Virus record (IMG/VR): IMGVR_UViG_3300029893_000001
Span: 1-64,000 of that record
Reading direction: 5' to 3' (one strand)
Length of the DNA: 64,000 nucleotides
Shown: one piece after another, positions 63,612 to 64,000 of the stretch
Layout: each line of letters opens with the position of its first letter
Numbering within the stretch: the first letter of the stretch is position 1
The notes under the pieces: generated by a model
Told to the model about the DNA's origin: nothing
The model's database searches: none
Seen by the model: only the letters and a program-made list of their open reading frames with translations
Position numbers and translations under genes: made by a program

Positions 63612-64000
63612 TCATGCGTCGTCCATTGCAATGGCGGCTACAGAGAGATCGTCGTAGTGAACCCACCCCTTTTCCTGACAGGTCTTCGTCAGGAACTTTC
63701 GGACTCTACGAACAACGAATTCGCCCTTCATGTTCTTGAATTGGGTCAGCTCGTTGAGAATCGCATCAAGCGCTACTGGTGTGGCCCTTTTGCTGGTCTC
63801 ACTCGCCTCGATTCCCTGAAAGGACAACACCCCATCCGATAGAAGCATCACCAAGTCGTACTTTTTAGAGTCGAAGAACATGTGATAGGGACGAAACCAG
63901 TCTCCCTCCGTAGAGTAAAACTGGTGCGAAGACCGTAACAGAGTTCCAAATTCACCATACTCGATCCGAATAGATGCTGCACCACCTTGCGTATGTTCAA
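63612..64000 (-). CDS. PP2C-family protein phosphatase, C-terminal part (runs off the window)
   Basis: MLLSDG and HYDDLSVAAI motifs; frame open to the window end. Confidence 0.75.
   Translation of the reverse strand, partial: EHTQGGAASIRIEYGEFGTLLRSSHQFYSTEGDWFRPYHMFFDSKKYDLVMLLSDGVLSFQGIEASETSKRATPVALDAILNELTQFKNMKGEFVVRRVRKFLTKTCQEKGWVHYDDLSVAAIAMDDA

Noticed and set aside
1-64000. tRNA or rRNA genes
   Set aside because: No cloverleaf or rRNA-like sequence recognised by eye; tRNAscan-SE would be needed to exclude them.

Overview
The window looks like the early/accessory arm of a large (probably jumbo) GC-rich bacteriophage. It holds more than 100 short, tightly coupled ORFs, almost all on the minus strand. 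Fourteen copies of a 17-bp promoter-like motif (minus-strand GAACCCWGCCGATANTA) and several intrinsic terminators punctuate them. A DAG/DSG-rich lipoprotein and a GC-rich foreign-looking insert point to a myxobacterial host (inference). Recognisable genes: rIIA/rIIB, CCA-adding enzyme, Thg1-like guanylyltransferase, cyclic-phosphate receiver domain, histidine phosphatase, ATP-grasp protein, RNase H, SprT, M23 peptidase, a Tad2/DUF2829-like protein, a Lar-like protein and a YegI-like kinase plus PP2C. The standout is a compact CRISPR locus at 50.3-53.0 kb. In minus-strand order it has a phage promoter, an uncharacterised 202-aa coiled-coil gene, and a 464-aa Cas12f (AsCas12f1-like) effector whose RuvC-I Asp is replaced by His. 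These are followed by a structured leader with a 36-nt anti-repeat (tracrRNA candidate) and a 5-repeat array. No cas1/cas2 is present in the window. It is a candidate phage-encoded, nuclease-dead RNA-guided DNA-binding system with a dedicated partner protein. All family assignments come from motif recognition by eye; no database searches were run.
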